Shown piece by piece: positions 1-10,470 of a DNA stretch of 64,000 bases. The translations under genes were made by a program, and so were the position numbers. The first letter of the stretch is position 1; each line of letters starts with the position of its first letter. Origin of the DNA: a virus; the IMG/VR virus record IMGVR_UViG_3300010400_000002, positions 1 through 64,000 of that record. One strand, given 5' to 3'. Under the pieces are notes generated by a model. It made no database searches. It was not told where the DNA came from and worked only from the letters and a program-made list of their open reading frames with translations.

Positions 1-2
1 AG

Positions 3-137
3 TTTGTGGAGACGGAAGAACTGGATCAGGCAGGAAATAAAATCAAGAAAGCGGTGTTGAAGGAAGGGCATACCGACGAACAGCACGACGAGGAGATGAT
101 GGCATTCTTAAATGAGTTAGTGGAGATTCATGTATGA
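3..137 (+). CDS. Partial hypothetical protein (3' end; truncated by the window)
   Basis: Open frame FVETEELDQAGNKIKK...ELVEIHV ending in TGA that overlaps the next ATG (ATGA). Confidence 0.6.
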   Translation, partial: FVETEELDQAGNKIKKAVLKEGHTDEQHDEEMMAFLNELVEIHV

Positions 138-457
138 GTGACAAGTCTGGAATATCAATAGCACTACTTGAGCAGTTCATCAAAGATTTTGGTGGCACTG
201 CGGTAGTGTATAAGCGCACCGATGCAGAAGTGGAGGTGATGCTTCATGACAACCTGAGTTACTATGATCGCATTCTCGATGGATACCTGTACTACATAAA
301 TGAAAAACTGCACACTGGTGCCGGTGGCGCACGAATGTTCTATAAAGCGGCACTTAGGCAGGGATTAAGTCACGCTGAAGCTGTGGAAGGAATATTGGTT
401 ACTGTTGACGGTAATAGTTACAAACTATCTTCTCTCACCGTTCAAAAATCAAAATGA
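134..457 (+). CDS. Hypothetical protein
   Basis: 107-aa ORF with ATGA coupling at both ends. Confidence 0.6.
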   Translation: MSDKSGISIALLEQFIKDFGGTAVVYKRTDAEVEVMLHDNLSYYDRILDGYLYYINEKLHTGAGGARMFYKAALRQGLSHAEAVEGILVTVDGNSYKLSSLTVQKSK

Positions 458-804
458 GTATGAAGAAAAATTGGAAAACTGTTAATGTTGAATCTGCCTT
501 AGGCGAGAACCTTGGAACAGTCAGCTATATTCCAATGCCTAAAATTTATTCTAATTCAATCATTAAAAAACCAAGAAGTCTTGGTGCAACTACTACATTT
601 TTTGAAACTATGGAAAGTTTACCAAAAGACCTCTATCAATTTTACGTAAAAGTTGTAATGCAGCGTATTTCAAAATCATCATATCCCCTTCTTGGTGGAA
701 CAGAATATTTATCAATAAAAGAAAAGTATCCCAACGCTTTTGAAGAAAATGGTGAGTTAAAGGAACTATCCAAAATTCCATACAAAATAGACAATAATAT
801 TTAA
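454..804 (+). CDS. Hypothetical protein
   Basis: 116-aa ORF coupled to its neighbours. Confidence 0.55.
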   Translation: MSMKKNWKTVNVESALGENLGTVSYIPMPKIYSNSIIKKPRSLGATTTFFETMESLPKDLYQFYVKVVMQRISKSSYPLLGGTEYLSIKEKYPNAFEENGELKELSKIPYKIDNNI

Positions 805-1220
805 TGGAACCAATCACGCTATCCTTCGCAATAGTAAATACAGAACTACTCGAAATCCTTGAGTCAAACATAAATGAGTTTGTACTTCATGAGCATCACA
901 TAGAATTCAACGTAAGGTGCCGGTGTAAGTTTAAGGATGATGAAGATGATGATTGGAAAGAAAAAACTGTCAATCATTCCATATCCGCACTCAAAAGAAA
1001 TATTGCAGGAATTGATGTGTATTGGCAGTACAAAGAAAAGTCGTGGCAAATATCAATTTCCATCTCAGGAAAGTCAGGTGATATGTGGTCATCCGTTGCC
1101 TCTAAGAAAGAAGGAATGGAATTTAGAGATAAAATTTATAGTTGGCTGTTTAATAATCAGGACGGCTACTCTTTAGAGATGAAATCACAAGGACTTCAAA
1201 TACCTAAACCAAGACCATAA
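804..1220 (+). CDS. Hypothetical protein
   Basis: 138-aa ORF with TAATG coupling. Confidence 0.6.
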   Translation: MEPITLSFAIVNTELLEILESNINEFVLHEHHIEFNVRCRCKFKDDEDDDWKEKTVNHSISALKRNIAGIDVYWQYKEKSWQISISISGKSGDMWSSVASKKEGMEFRDKIYSWLFNNQDGYSLEMKSQGLQIPKPRP

Positions 1221-1222
1221 CC

Positions 1223-1462
1223 ATGTTCAGCAGCATTAAGGATGCCTTGCAGCTTTCCGAATATCAGTTGAGTGAACTCACGCGATTGATGTGGCATCAG
1301 ATAGAAATGGGTGATGTGAAAATTACCAACGTGATTTTAACTGACTCAGGATACTTGCGAGTCATTTATTTGGAAGCTGACTTTCCACCTACAAAACCTT
1401 TTTGTAAAGAGAACGAACATCAGTTCACGCAAAGGTGTGTTGATATTCCACAGTTCAAATAA
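1223..1462 (+). CDS. Hypothetical protein
   Basis: 79-aa ORF in a tightly packed operon. Confidence 0.55.
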   Translation: MFSSIKDALQLSEYQLSELTRLMWHQIEMGDVKITNVILTDSGYLRVIYLEADFPPTKPFCKENEHQFTQRCVDIPQFK

Positions 1463-1467
1463 TTACT

Positions 1468-2019
1468 ATGTTGTACCGCTTCAACCAATCAATGGGTTTT
1501 GAATTCTTTCAAAGTGCGATAGCATTGATACCCGCCTTCGCGAAAATACTTGCCGACAAAGATTATGGACAGGATGCAGCAATATGGTTGCTCGCTATTC
1601 ATGACCCGCGAAGCCCTTATCAGGAAAAGTACCTAAAGGAACAAGAGCGCATTGCCGCTATCAACTACGATATGTTCAAGCGCACGACAATAGGATGGCA
1701 GGATGATGAGCTGATGGAAGCAGCCTGTGATGCGCTTCGTGAACACTATTGGGATGAAGATGTGTACCAACTCAATGCCGTGAACATTGCTATCAGAGAG
1801 GAAACGAAAACACTCTCTATTGCGCCCACAGCGACGGAAAGAAATAAGTGTGCTGACTCCCTTGCATCGCTCAACAAACTTCGAACGACACTACTTGAAA
1901 ATATCGGTGGCAAGATTCGCACGAATGAATTTGATAAGATAAAGTTGAAAAGTGGAAAACAGATTTCTTTCCTGATGAAAGATCAGCAGGCAGAAAAAAT
2001 GGCTGACGCAAACGCATGA
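1468..2019 (+). CDS. Possible terminase small subunit / conserved pre-terminase protein
   Basis: 183-aa helical protein two genes upstream of TerL; call rests on position and size only. Confidence 0.4.
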   Translation: MLYRFNQSMGFEFFQSAIALIPAFAKILADKDYGQDAAIWLLAIHDPRSPYQEKYLKEQERIAAINYDMFKRTTIGWQDDELMEAACDALREHYWDEDVYQLNAVNIAIREETKTLSIAPTATERNKCADSLASLNKLRTTLLENIGGKIRTNEFDKIKLKSGKQISFLMKDQQAEKMADANA

Positions 2020-2213
2020 GTAACTCTATTTTTTCCGATAAGGTTAAGTGTAATCTTTGTGATGAATTAATTGAAAGAGGTATTCTTAGAATGATTGTTC
2101 ATCATGAAGAAAAGCATGGGCTACATTTCACTATGAATAATTTGATGAAGGCTCGTACTGAGAAAGGAAGTGCGCTCACGTTGGATGAGGCTTACATAGC
2201 AATTAGAAAGTAA
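2016..2213 (+). CDS. Small C2H2-like zinc-finger protein
   Basis: CNLC...HHEEKH pattern. Confidence 0.4.
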   Translation: MSNSIFSDKVKCNLCDELIERGILRMIVHHEEKHGLHFTMNNLMKARTEKGSALTLDEAYIAIRK

Positions 2214-2216
2214 CAC

Positions 2217-4196
2217 ATGCTTCACGAAAACGCTAAACCTAAACCGGAATATAAATACCAGCCTATCCTAAAATACGGCATTCCCAATATGTCACCGGAG
2301 TCGTTAGACTACGACAGGTTTTGGAGTGAAGAGAAGCGCCGCTGCATGGAAGGGTATAAACCACCGGACGGCGTTTGGATCCCGGGAACATATTATTACC
2401 ATCTCAACCACCGACCAATATCACGGCTGCGTTATGAGTTTGACCCGAAGGGATTGAATAAAACGATTGTAGCGCGACCACTGTACCGTGACGGTAATCA
2501 TTTCATCCATGAGAACGTAGATCGCAGGCGCAAAGAAAATAGAGGCGGTATCATCATCCTAAAAGGAAGGCAGATGGGTGTGACCGACGATATGGTAGGC
2601 ATCGTAGATCACACGTCACGATTCTTTATCTCAGCACAGTGTTGTTACGGCACTCCGGACCCTGACCAGTTGGCAAACTTCTACGTAAAGTTTGGGATAG
2701 GAAATGACGGCGTATCGGAAGCATTCTCGCAACCACTGAAAGTAAAAAATGTTGACCAGCGACAAATGGGGTTGGAGTATGACACCCCTTTCGGGAAGAA
2801 AACACTTGGCTCAGAGTCTATAATATTTACATCTGCTATTCCTAAGTCGGCAGTATTCAAAGGAAAGAACTTTGTACTCAGTGTTATTGATGAAGTGGGA
2901 ATGTTCGGCAAAGGCAAGAAAGAAAAAGATTTAGGAAAGGGAAGTCGCGCTGTAACGCTCTCACAATTTTGGGGTGACACCGTGGACTGTTGGAAGCGTG
3001 GTGACTCATGGTACGGGTTTCCGATTCTGCTCGGAACGGTAGATCAGATCAACTACGCTAAGAACACCGACCTCGAAAAGTTTTGGATGAATTGCGACCT
3101 ATATGATTTGGAGCGACTGCTACTGCCTGCCGACTATATGTATGGTGACTGCATAGACCTGCTTACAGGAATAAGTGACAGACCACGGGCACGAAACATA
3201 ATTCTGAAGAAGAGAAAGAAACTTGACCAGCTTGAAGATAAAACGGACTACTGGAAAGAAGTTCAGAACCATCCTCTCAATGAAGATGAACTGTTCCTTA
3301 TCACTATCAACTCGTTTGTCAATGCGATACGGGTGAAGGAGCAGATTATCCGCGTGAACAATAATCGCGCACTGCAAGAGCAGTGTATGGAAGGGGAACT
3401 GATTTGGGAGCGGGTGAATAATGACGGTAAGTTGGAATACACAGGAAAAGTTTTGTTCCTGGAAAAGCCTGGTGGGTTGTGGCGCAAGAATTTTGACCCT
3501 ATCAACTACCTGTATCCTGATACCGACATCGTGTGTGTGGATGACTTTATGAAAGATGATGCACCCAACTCAGAATCACTTGGTGCTATCGTGGCGTGGC
3601 GACGGTTTATCAACCTCGATCAGATTTGGAACATACCCACCATGACCTATTTAGGCAGACCGAAGGTGGAAGAGTTTCATGATGAAGCGTTGAAGTGTGC
3701 TGTATTCTGTCAGGCGCGGGCGGCGGTGGAAAAACTGAATGAGATGATGAAGAACCATTTCCTCAATTCAAAAAAAGTTGTTGGCGCTGACTACCTCAAG
3801 ATATTTCCGTTCGTCAATGGAAAGCATGTGAAACCAAGTGATGCCTATGGTTATGATATGCAGGCACTCAAGCCACAGTCAATACAACGAATTTGCAATT
3901 GGACGGATTCACCGTACATCGAAAACTGTTTTGATATCCGTTACCTCAAGAACATTGCAATCTTCGGAAAGCAGAACTCTGACTTAGGAAGTGCCACCGC
4001 TGTTGCTCTCGCGTGGGTAGATGACATGGCTGCTGTTCCGGTGCAGAAAGCCGATGAAGTTCAGGACGGGGCACAGGTGGGGTTGCAGTACCAATTCAAG
4101 AAGGACGGGCATTTGATCCAGATGGTGAACCGCAATGTGAATGATGGACGTGAGAAATTTCCTAAACTAAAATGGTTGAAAACTCAAAACGCATAA
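2217..4196 (+). CDS. terL: Terminase large subunit (crAss-related type)
   Basis: Walker A-like IIILKGRQMGVT, Walker B LSVIDEVG, C-terminal RNase H-like nuclease motifs (IVCVDD, SLGAIVAW, YLGRP); upstream of portal. Confidence 0.9.
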   Translation: MLHENAKPKPEYKYQPILKYGIPNMSPESLDYDRFWSEEKRRCMEGYKPPDGVWIPGTYYYHLNHRPISRLRYEFDPKGLNKTIVARPLYRDGNHFIHENVDRRRKENRGGIIILKGRQMGVTDDMVGIVDHTSRFFISAQCCYGTPDPDQLANFYVKFGIGNDGVSEAFSQPLKVKNVDQRQMGLEYDTPFGKKTLGSESIIFTSAIPKSAVFKGKNFVLSVIDEVGMFGKGKKEKDLGKGSRAVTLSQFWGDTVDCWKRGDSWYGFPILLGTVDQINYAKNTDLEKFWMNCDLYDLERLLLPADYMYGDCIDLLTGISDRPRARNIILKKRKKLDQLEDKTDYWKEVQNHPLNEDELFLITINSFVNAIRVKEQIIRVNNNRALQEQCMEGELIWERVNNDGKLEYTGKVLFLEKPGGLWRKNFDPINYLYPDTDIVCVDDFMKDDAPNSESLGAIVAWRRFINLDQIWNIPTMTYLGRPKVEEFHDEALKCAVFCQARAAVEKLNEMMKNHFLNSKKVVGADYLKIFPFVNGKHVKPSDAYGYDMQALKPQSIQRICNWTDSPYIENCFDIRYLKNIAIFGKQNSDLGSATAVALAWVDDMAAVPVQKADEVQDGAQVGLQYQFKKDGHLIQMVNRNVNDGREKFPKLKWLKTQNA

Positions 4197-4209
4197 TACC
4201 TTCACCGCT

Positions 4210-4488
4210 ATGAATAGAAAAACTTTTCTCCAATCAATACTCTCTCTCGTAGCATTGCAAGTGTTGAAACCAATTCGGTCACTGTATAGCGAATCAAATT
4301 TATTCAGAGGATATGAGGAAGGGAAAACGTATCCATATTTTCCGCCGAATCTAATATGTGGCTATCGCTTTAAAACCTATGAAGGTGATAATACTGTTTG
4401 GTATGCTATGGGTGAATTAGAGTTTGAAAATAATATTTGGGAACCTGATGAAATAGAAGTTGTTGGAACTTACGCCTACCTAAAATAA
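4210..4488 (+). CDS. Hypothetical protein with N-terminal signal-like sequence
   Basis: MNRKTFLQSILSLVAL resembles a Tat-like leader; lies between terL and portal. Confidence 0.5.
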   Translation: MNRKTFLQSILSLVALQVLKPIRSLYSESNLFRGYEEGKTYPYFPPNLICGYRFKTYEGDNTVWYAMGELEFENNIWEPDEIEVVGTYAYLK

Positions 4489-4493
4489 TCTCA

Positions 4494-6692
4494 ATGATAC
4501 CTGATCTTGAAATTCCGGAAGGAGATGTCGAGCGCAACCAATGGTCGCAGAACATACTCGACTCAGTAAGCCGTTACAGCATGGGCAAGCGATGGAATCA
4601 GATTCGCTACGGCTACATGGATAACTTCCGTAAGTTCCTCGGTGATCTTGAGCTTTCAGATTATGAACACATCCACTCTACCCTCGGCAAACCAAAGCCG
4701 ATGCTGTTTGCTAACTACCCTCTCTTTGAACCTCTCATACAGCAACAGGTAGGTGAATACACTTCGCGTCCCGTTCCGTTCGGGATAAACCGTATCAACA
4801 AAAATGCGTACTCCGACAAACTGCACATGGAGAGCGAGCTTGCCTCAGAGAAAATATTGGAACCGATTTGGGCGCGTATAGAAAAGGAGATGGGAGTGAA
4901 ACTGCCGATAGAGAAAAAGATGCAGTTGATACCTCCACAATTTCAGGGTATGCCTTCTAAGTCTATCCGCGACTACATCGAAGTGAATGTGAAGTATGGA
5001 CTCAACTATTTATACAACACCTATAAATTCGGAAGTCAGTTCTCATTGAACTTATATGACATCATGATTAATGATGACTGCTTTTCTAAGATTGATATTA
5101 TAGGTAATGACCCCGTTATCCGTCACATACCCATTCAGAACGCGATCTTTCAATATGGCGAGGACAACTACATATTCGATGAAGTGCATAACCGCAGTCC
5201 CTTCATGGGCAAAGATGTGTGGATGACCATTGATGCTGCTATTGCGCGATACGGTTACCGGCTGTTACAGAAGCAACGGGAGAAGCTGTTGCAAGATCAA
5301 AAGGGGATGCTGAGTGACACCACTTACATGACATTCCTGAATAACCAATGTGATAACGGGTGGATTGCATATCGCAAAAATGATGGCGGACAATTTCTAC
5401 TCCACGTTATTGACATCGAAGTGAAGGCTATCAACAAAAAGAAATTTCTGAACTCTCCATACACTCCTGACAGAGATGACATCTACGAATCAAAAGATGT
5501 GACTGAGATTTGGGAACTATTCAAAGCCGGTACACAATACGGGCAACCACGGCGACGCAAGAATCAGATTCCCCTTAAAGGAAATTATTTCGACAATCAG
5601 TTTTCTTATTTTGGGATGCTGTCACGGCACTCGTTCTTCCGCAAAGCGTGGCCTGTTCAAATGCTGTGGAACACTTCATGGATGACACTGGAATTTTTGC
5701 TCAACCAAAGTGGTGGCAAGGCAATGCGTTATGCTACCGAACGCAAGCCGGACAATTATGAATATGAAGATGTGGCGTGGATGGGTAAAGTGCTTGGACT
5801 GGTGGTAGAACAGATTCGGGCGGGTGATATTCCCGGGAGAAGCACTGCATCGGGTGAAGTTGACTTTGGTCCTTCCCAATCCATTCAGTATATCGTAGCC
5901 ATGATTCAGTTGCTCAAGCAGACGGCAGCGGAGATGACAGGAGTAAGCAAAGCGCGACAGGGACAGTCAGCTACAACATCTGCTAACAGTTCATTACAGA
6001 CGAGCATAGTACAATCATCATACACTACCAAACCTATTTATGATGTGCTCACGATGCATACGCAAACTGGACTACAGCGATGTGCTGATCTTATTACTTT
6101 TCTATGGGAGGGAGATGAAACTAAGAGTTACATAGGGGGTGACGGTATGCCAGTTGTGTTTAAAGTAGCAAAGGATTTAGGGTTACAAGAACTTGGAATC
6201 TACGTTGATTCCGCTATGCAAGCTGCACAGGAGAAAGAAGTGATACTTGATTTGATGCGACCCCTTACAGCAACAGACCCTCTGATGATTTTGGAGGTGG
6301 TGAAAGTTTTCAATTCTGAAAGTGGTGCTGAAGCAGAACAAATATTGGAACTTGGAATTTCAGCATTGCGGCAGAATCAGCAAGCGATGGAGCAAAGTAA
6401 GATTCAGATTGGCGCTGCTGCCAATGAACTTAAGAAGCGTGAATTGGATATGAAAGAAGAAGAACTGTTCATCAAGAAAACTGTTCCTGTTAAAGTTGCG
6501 GAAACACAAAAAGAGGCAAGTGAAAATGTTCAACTCCTGAAGAATGAGGGAGAAATAAATGCGACAGTTTTAAGCGAGAGAGCTGCATTAGACAGGGATA
6601 TGCTTAACGCTTCGAATGATGAGCAATTACAACAATCACAGATGCAGCAAGAACAAGAGCAACCGCAAGAATCAGAAGCCGTACCAGCATAA
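4494..6692 (+). CDS. Portal protein (podovirus/crAss type)
   Basis: 732 aa after TerL; AEMTGVSKARQGQ motif; long C-terminal Q/E-rich coiled coil as in P22/crAss-like portals. Confidence 0.85.
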   Translation: MIPDLEIPEGDVERNQWSQNILDSVSRYSMGKRWNQIRYGYMDNFRKFLGDLELSDYEHIHSTLGKPKPMLFANYPLFEPLIQQQVGEYTSRPVPFGINRINKNAYSDKLHMESELASEKILEPIWARIEKEMGVKLPIEKKMQLIPPQFQGMPSKSIRDYIEVNVKYGLNYLYNTYKFGSQFSLNLYDIMINDDCFSKIDIIGNDPVIRHIPIQNAIFQYGEDNYIFDEVHNRSPFMGKDVWMTIDAAIARYGYRLLQKQREKLLQDQKGMLSDTTYMTFLNNQCDNGWIAYRKNDGGQFLLHVIDIEVKAINKKKFLNSPYTPDRDDIYESKDVTEIWELFKAGTQYGQPRRRKNQIPLKGNYFDNQFSYFGMLSRHSFFRKAWPVQMLWNTSWMTLEFLLNQSGGKAMRYATERKPDNYEYEDVAWMGKVLGLVVEQIRAGDIPGRSTASGEVDFGPSQSIQYIVAMIQLLKQTAAEMTGVSKARQGQSATTSANSSLQTSIVQSSYTTKPIYDVLTMHTQTGLQRCADLITFLWEGDETKSYIGGDGMPVVFKVAKDLGLQELGIYVDSAMQAAQEKEVILDLMRPLTATDPLMILEVVKVFNSESGAEAEQILELGISALRQNQQAMEQSKIQIGAAANELKKRELDMKEEELFIKKTVPVKVAETQKEASENVQLLKNEGEINATVLSERAALDRDMLNASNDEQLQQSQMQQEQEQPQESEAVPA

Positions 6693-6709
6693 TAAAAAAA
6701 CCAAAATAT

Positions 6710-6961
6710 ATGACTTTAAATGACTTAAAAAAATACATTGACAATGAAGTTTCATTGCATCCTGAAAGATTAGATAATGAAGTAATGATATGGCAACATA
6801 TTGATGATCTTGAAAGAGCCGTTGGCGGTAACGTTGAAAAGAAATATATCCCTACTCAAATTATCAAGTCATTGACAATAGGTGGCAATGCAAAAGAAGA
6901 GTTTGTTTTAGTTCAGGTTCAATCTGCCAATAAATTATATTGGTATGAAAAAATCACATGA
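6710..6961 (+). CDS. Hypothetical protein
   Basis: 83-aa ORF. Confidence 0.55.
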   Translation: MTLNDLKKYIDNEVSLHPERLDNEVMIWQHIDDLERAVGGNVEKKYIPTQIIKSLTIGGNAKEEFVLVQVQSANKLYWYEKIT

Positions 6962-7233
6962 TCGTAATAACCCAAGGTGCAATAATCAAAGTGGTGGATA
7001 TTGATTCCGAATACTACATCGGATTCAATATGATTACGGAGTCCTATGTAAAAGTTCCGCAGTCGATATGTGTTGAACTGACGGAGAATGTAGCCAAAGA
7101 GTTGTTGTCCAATGAAAGCCTGAGATGGAGAATCGCAAATGACTTCACTGAGAAGGTAAATAAAATGGGTGCGCTGATGGGTGTTTCTAATAGAACTGTT
7201 CACAGGATTCAAAAAGATTGTATAACAGCATGA
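6958..7233 (+). CDS. Hypothetical protein
   Basis: 91-aa ORF with ATGA coupling. Confidence 0.5.
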   Translation: MIVITQGAIIKVVDIDSEYYIGFNMITESYVKVPQSICVELTENVAKELLSNESLRWRIANDFTEKVNKMGALMGVSNRTVHRIQKDCITA

Positions 7234-7682
7234 TTCAAACAAATGAATTGAAGGTTGGGAATAAAATACATTCATCTTTTGATGAGAAAGTTCACACTGT
7301 TTTAGGTGTTATCGGAAAATGGGATGCTCCACAAAATACCTTAAATGATTCTGTGATGATAGAATCAAGTTGGCTGAAATCAGAGAACTGCATCCCTATT
7401 CCTCTTACCGAAGAATGGCTGAATAAGTTCGGCTTCACATGGATTAAAGACGCGAATACATTTGTGATACCCATTGCAAAAATGAAGTTGCAGAAGATGG
7501 TAATTACATTTGATGGTGATCGTCCCATTATATTTTCAATCGCGGATTATTATACAGGAAAGGAAATGATAGCTATTTACAAAGATGTTTCGGTTCAGTA
7601 TGTTCATCAACTCCAAAATCTCTACTTCTATCTCACAGGTGAGGAACTCGTTTTAAAAGAAACAGCAACAGCAACAGCATGA
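7230..7682 (+). CDS. Bacteroidota-phage conserved hypothetical protein (paralog of ~43010-43463)
   Basis: ELKVGN...IPLTEEWLNKFGF...VHQLQNLYFYLTGEEL; likely start is the ATG at 7230 (ATGA coupling). Confidence 0.7.
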   Translation: MIQTNELKVGNKIHSSFDEKVHTVLGVIGKWDAPQNTLNDSVMIESSWLKSENCIPIPLTEEWLNKFGFTWIKDANTFVIPIAKMKLQKMVITFDGDRPIIFSIADYYTGKEMIAIYKDVSVQYVHQLQNLYFYLTGEELVLKETATATA

Positions 7683-8104
7683 CCATTGAGATGCGCGAAA
7701 TATTTGAGGGATGGAAAAACTTTCTGCAACAGAAAAGTTTATCACCCGATCAACTGCGTGTTGCTGAAATGCGATTGGAGTCATGTTCAAATTGTGTGTA
7801 TGCTCGTAAGCTGATGGTGCGCAAAGTGATTGACTGGATTTACGATGTGTTCACGAACAAGAATAAAGCGGTGAAGGGAAAAGTGTTCAGTGGATTCTAT
7901 TGTCAAGTTTGTTCATGCCCTCTTGACGTAAAAGTTTTAAGCCCTGCGACGAAATGTCCGCTACCAATTTTTGAAGGAAAGCAATATCCCCATAAAGAAA
8001 GATGGAGTTATGTACACTTCAACGAGAACGGAAAACTCACTACACCCGAAAATGTTTTTATTACTTCAAGTACAGATTCTCCTGAATCATTAATCACAAC
8101 CTAA
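7679..8104 (+). CDS. Cys-rich zinc-binding phage protein (DUF6171-like)
   Basis: CSNC...CQVCSCPLDVK...SPATKCP. Confidence 0.55.
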   Translation: MTIEMREIFEGWKNFLQQKSLSPDQLRVAEMRLESCSNCVYARKLMVRKVIDWIYDVFTNKNKAVKGKVFSGFYCQVCSCPLDVKVLSPATKCPLPIFEGKQYPHKERWSYVHFNENGKLTTPENVFITSSTDSPESLITT

Positions 8105-8116
8105 ATTTAAACTACT

Positions 8117-8404
8117 ATGAAAATGACAAACAAATACGACTGCCCCTCAAAGATATGGCGCAAATTCAGTGATGCGGCAAAGAAGATTTACAATGAAGTA
8201 ATGAGTCAATCTCTGAAAAATCAGGACATCACATGCCATCCCAAAGGAGACGAAATAGGTAAGGATGAATGGCACACCATCTGTCATAACTTTTCGTGTT
8301 ATGCTGCATGGGCTTTTGATGGTGAATCGCTTCGTAAAAATGATGAAGTAATTGATATAAGAACTTCAACAGGAAAAAAAGTTAAGAGAAGGAGAGTGGC
8401 ATGA
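8117..8404 (+). CDS. Hypothetical protein
   Basis: 95-aa ORF. Confidence 0.55.
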   Translation: MKMTNKYDCPSKIWRKFSDAAKKIYNEVMSQSLKNQDITCHPKGDEIGKDEWHTICHNFSCYAAWAFDGESLRKNDEVIDIRTSTGKKVKRRRVA

Positions 8405-8676
8405 AACAGCCTAACCTATACTTCAATGTAAAAACATTCTGCCCTGAAAATATAGCAGAAAAAGCCGTGAATTTTTTTGCTGCCTGTCATAAGTGTACCT
8501 ACACGAAGTTGCTTCACCAACTGGGATTAAACAACGAGACATTCAAAGATGCTATTGAAGAACAGATAAAAAATGTAGCGAGAATCAAAGACACTACACA
8601 GCGCCTTGAAATTAGTGGAGTACATTTCAGATTGAAGATTAGAAAGGACGGAGTCGCTAAACTGATTAAAGAATGA
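8401..8676 (+). CDS. Hypothetical protein
   Basis: 91-aa ORF with ATGA coupling. Confidence 0.55.
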   Translation: MKQPNLYFNVKTFCPENIAEKAVNFFAACHKCTYTKLLHQLGLNNETFKDAIEEQIKNVARIKDTTQRLEISGVHFRLKIRKDGVAKLIKE

Positions 8677-8936
8677 GTGAGAAACTAAAACAACTTCAGG
8701 TTGACATCGCCGCTTTCTTCGATCACCCCCGTGGTAGCTCACGCATGGTAAGGGCGAAGCGGGTGCTCAATGTTATGAATAATCATTTGGAAGAACTCAG
8801 CATAAAATCATTTCAGATTGGAAGGGAAACAGATGACATCTTTGAATTGGAGAGACAGTTGAAAACTGATGGGCTGCTTCCGCGCTCATGCGACCTTAAC
8901 TCACGCTTTGAAAAAATACTTTCACGATATGAATGA
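8673..8936 (+). CDS. Hypothetical protein
   Basis: 87-aa ORF with ATGA coupling. Confidence 0.5.
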   Translation: MSEKLKQLQVDIAAFFDHPRGSSRMVRAKRVLNVMNNHLEELSIKSFQIGRETDDIFELERQLKTDGLLPRSCDLNSRFEKILSRYE

Positions 8937-9285
8937 TGTAGCAGAAAGAAAAAAACAGACTTCATTTGATGTTATCATTGTAAACCTTCCACCAAATTTT
9001 AGTGAAAATCCATTGAACATAATTGCCAATGGAATTATGTCTTTCAAAAGACAATCATATAATCACAGTCGTATTGACCCAATAGTATTGCTTCATCCAG
9101 AAGAGTACTACTTAGTTGAACGGCATATTGTGAGTAATAATTACTTTATACCAAAAGAGGATTCTGTTGGCTGCTACCTACCTATAATGAATAGTAGAAT
9201 TTATGCTCATCGCGCTATGCCAAAAAGTGTAATGCAGATTAGCGTATTACCAATAGTTGATGATCTAACCTTAGAAAAAATTTAA
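8929..9285 (+). CDS. Hypothetical protein
   Basis: 3' part of ORF 8869-9285; probable start at MNDVAE, overlapping the previous stop. Confidence 0.5.
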   Translation: MNDVAERKKQTSFDVIIVNLPPNFSENPLNIIANGIMSFKRQSYNHSRIDPIVLLHPEEYYLVERHIVSNNYFIPKEDSVGCYLPIMNSRIYAHRAMPKSVMQISVLPIVDDLTLEKI

Positions 9286-9294
9286 GGCAATACG

Positions 9295-10470
9295 ATGCAG
9301 TACAAAAATTCTCTTTTCAGTGCGGTAGATGCAGCCTTAAATGATCTGCGTAACTACACCAACAAAACAAGACTCAAACGTGTGGTGAGTGCATTCATCC
9401 CCTATGCCGAAGAGTTGATGTACACTGCATGGGTTGAGAGTAGAAAGAATGGAGCATCATATCTTGACTTCAGAAACAACCTCGCCAAAATAGGATTGCT
9501 GCCACAGCAACTTGGATTCACCCCACCAGCGGAATATCTGAAATCGGCACTGATACCGATTGGACAAACAATGTTGATTGACTCATCGAAACTGATACAG
9601 TCATTTCCAGTAACCGATGGCAAGAAAAGAGATGTTGAGTTGTGGTTTAACTGTTCTGCGATAAAGTATCACGACAAAATTTATTTCGCCTACCGCATGG
9701 ACTTTCAGCCGTGGGCGACGGAGATGAAGATTGGGCTATGCCTGCTTAACGAAGATTTCTATGTTGTGCCGAACAGTAATGTGTTGCCGAAACTTCACAG
9801 CAGTTACAATGGGTGGCATGTTGAGGATCCACGATTGTTCATTCACCAGGATAAACTTTACCTGAGTTACACCGATGGCTACCAGATGGCGCAGGCAGAG
9901 ATTGACCCGATCACATTACAGGCGAAGGAATCATTCTACTTGCGCAAGCGCATGAATGCTATCACTGAAAAAAATTGGGTGTTCTTCTCTGCCGACAGTA
10001 AACTGTACTGTATCTATAATTCTGTTCCCTACACGATCTTTGAGATGAACGGTGACAATTATAAGAAGGTGCATGTAGGACAGATACCGCCGTATTGGGC
10101 GTATGGCAAAATAAGTGGTGGCGCTTCTCCCGTATTACATGGTGACTATTACTACCACTTCTTTCACTCCTCACTCACCCGTGAAGATAATGACCGTTCA
10201 CCGGTGCGCCGTCAATACTTCTGTGGCTGCTATCTGATGGAAAAAACGTTCCCGTTCAATGTTGTGGCTATTACTGAGAAGCCGCTGCTTGCTGGTGAAT
10301 ACATTCCTACTTCTATACCACGACTGAGCAATGAGATATATGTAGTTTTTTCTGGTGGTGCTTATCATGAAAATGATAAGTGGATTGTCTCATTCGGCTA
10401 CAATGACTATCAATGCAGGATTGCAAACATTAATGATGACTTACTCAACAAATCTTTAAAATGGTTTTGA
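9295..10470 (+). CDS. Five-bladed beta-propeller glycosidase/phosphorylase-like protein (GH130/GH43 superfamily)
   Basis: Motifs FNCSAI, EDPRLF, EKNW, SGG, VVFSGG, SFGYND. Confidence 0.7.
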   Translation: MQYKNSLFSAVDAALNDLRNYTNKTRLKRVVSAFIPYAEELMYTAWVESRKNGASYLDFRNNLAKIGLLPQQLGFTPPAEYLKSALIPIGQTMLIDSSKLIQSFPVTDGKKRDVELWFNCSAIKYHDKIYFAYRMDFQPWATEMKIGLCLLNEDFYVVPNSNVLPKLHSSYNGWHVEDPRLFIHQDKLYLSYTDGYQMAQAEIDPITLQAKESFYLRKRMNAITEKNWVFFSADSKLYCIYNSVPYTIFEMNGDNYKKVHVGQIPPYWAYGKISGGASPVLHGDYYYHFFHSSLTREDNDRSPVRRQYFCGCYLMEKTFPFNVVAITEKPLLAGEYIPTSIPRLSNEIYVVFSGGAYHENDKWIVSFGYNDYQCRIANINDDLLNKSLKWF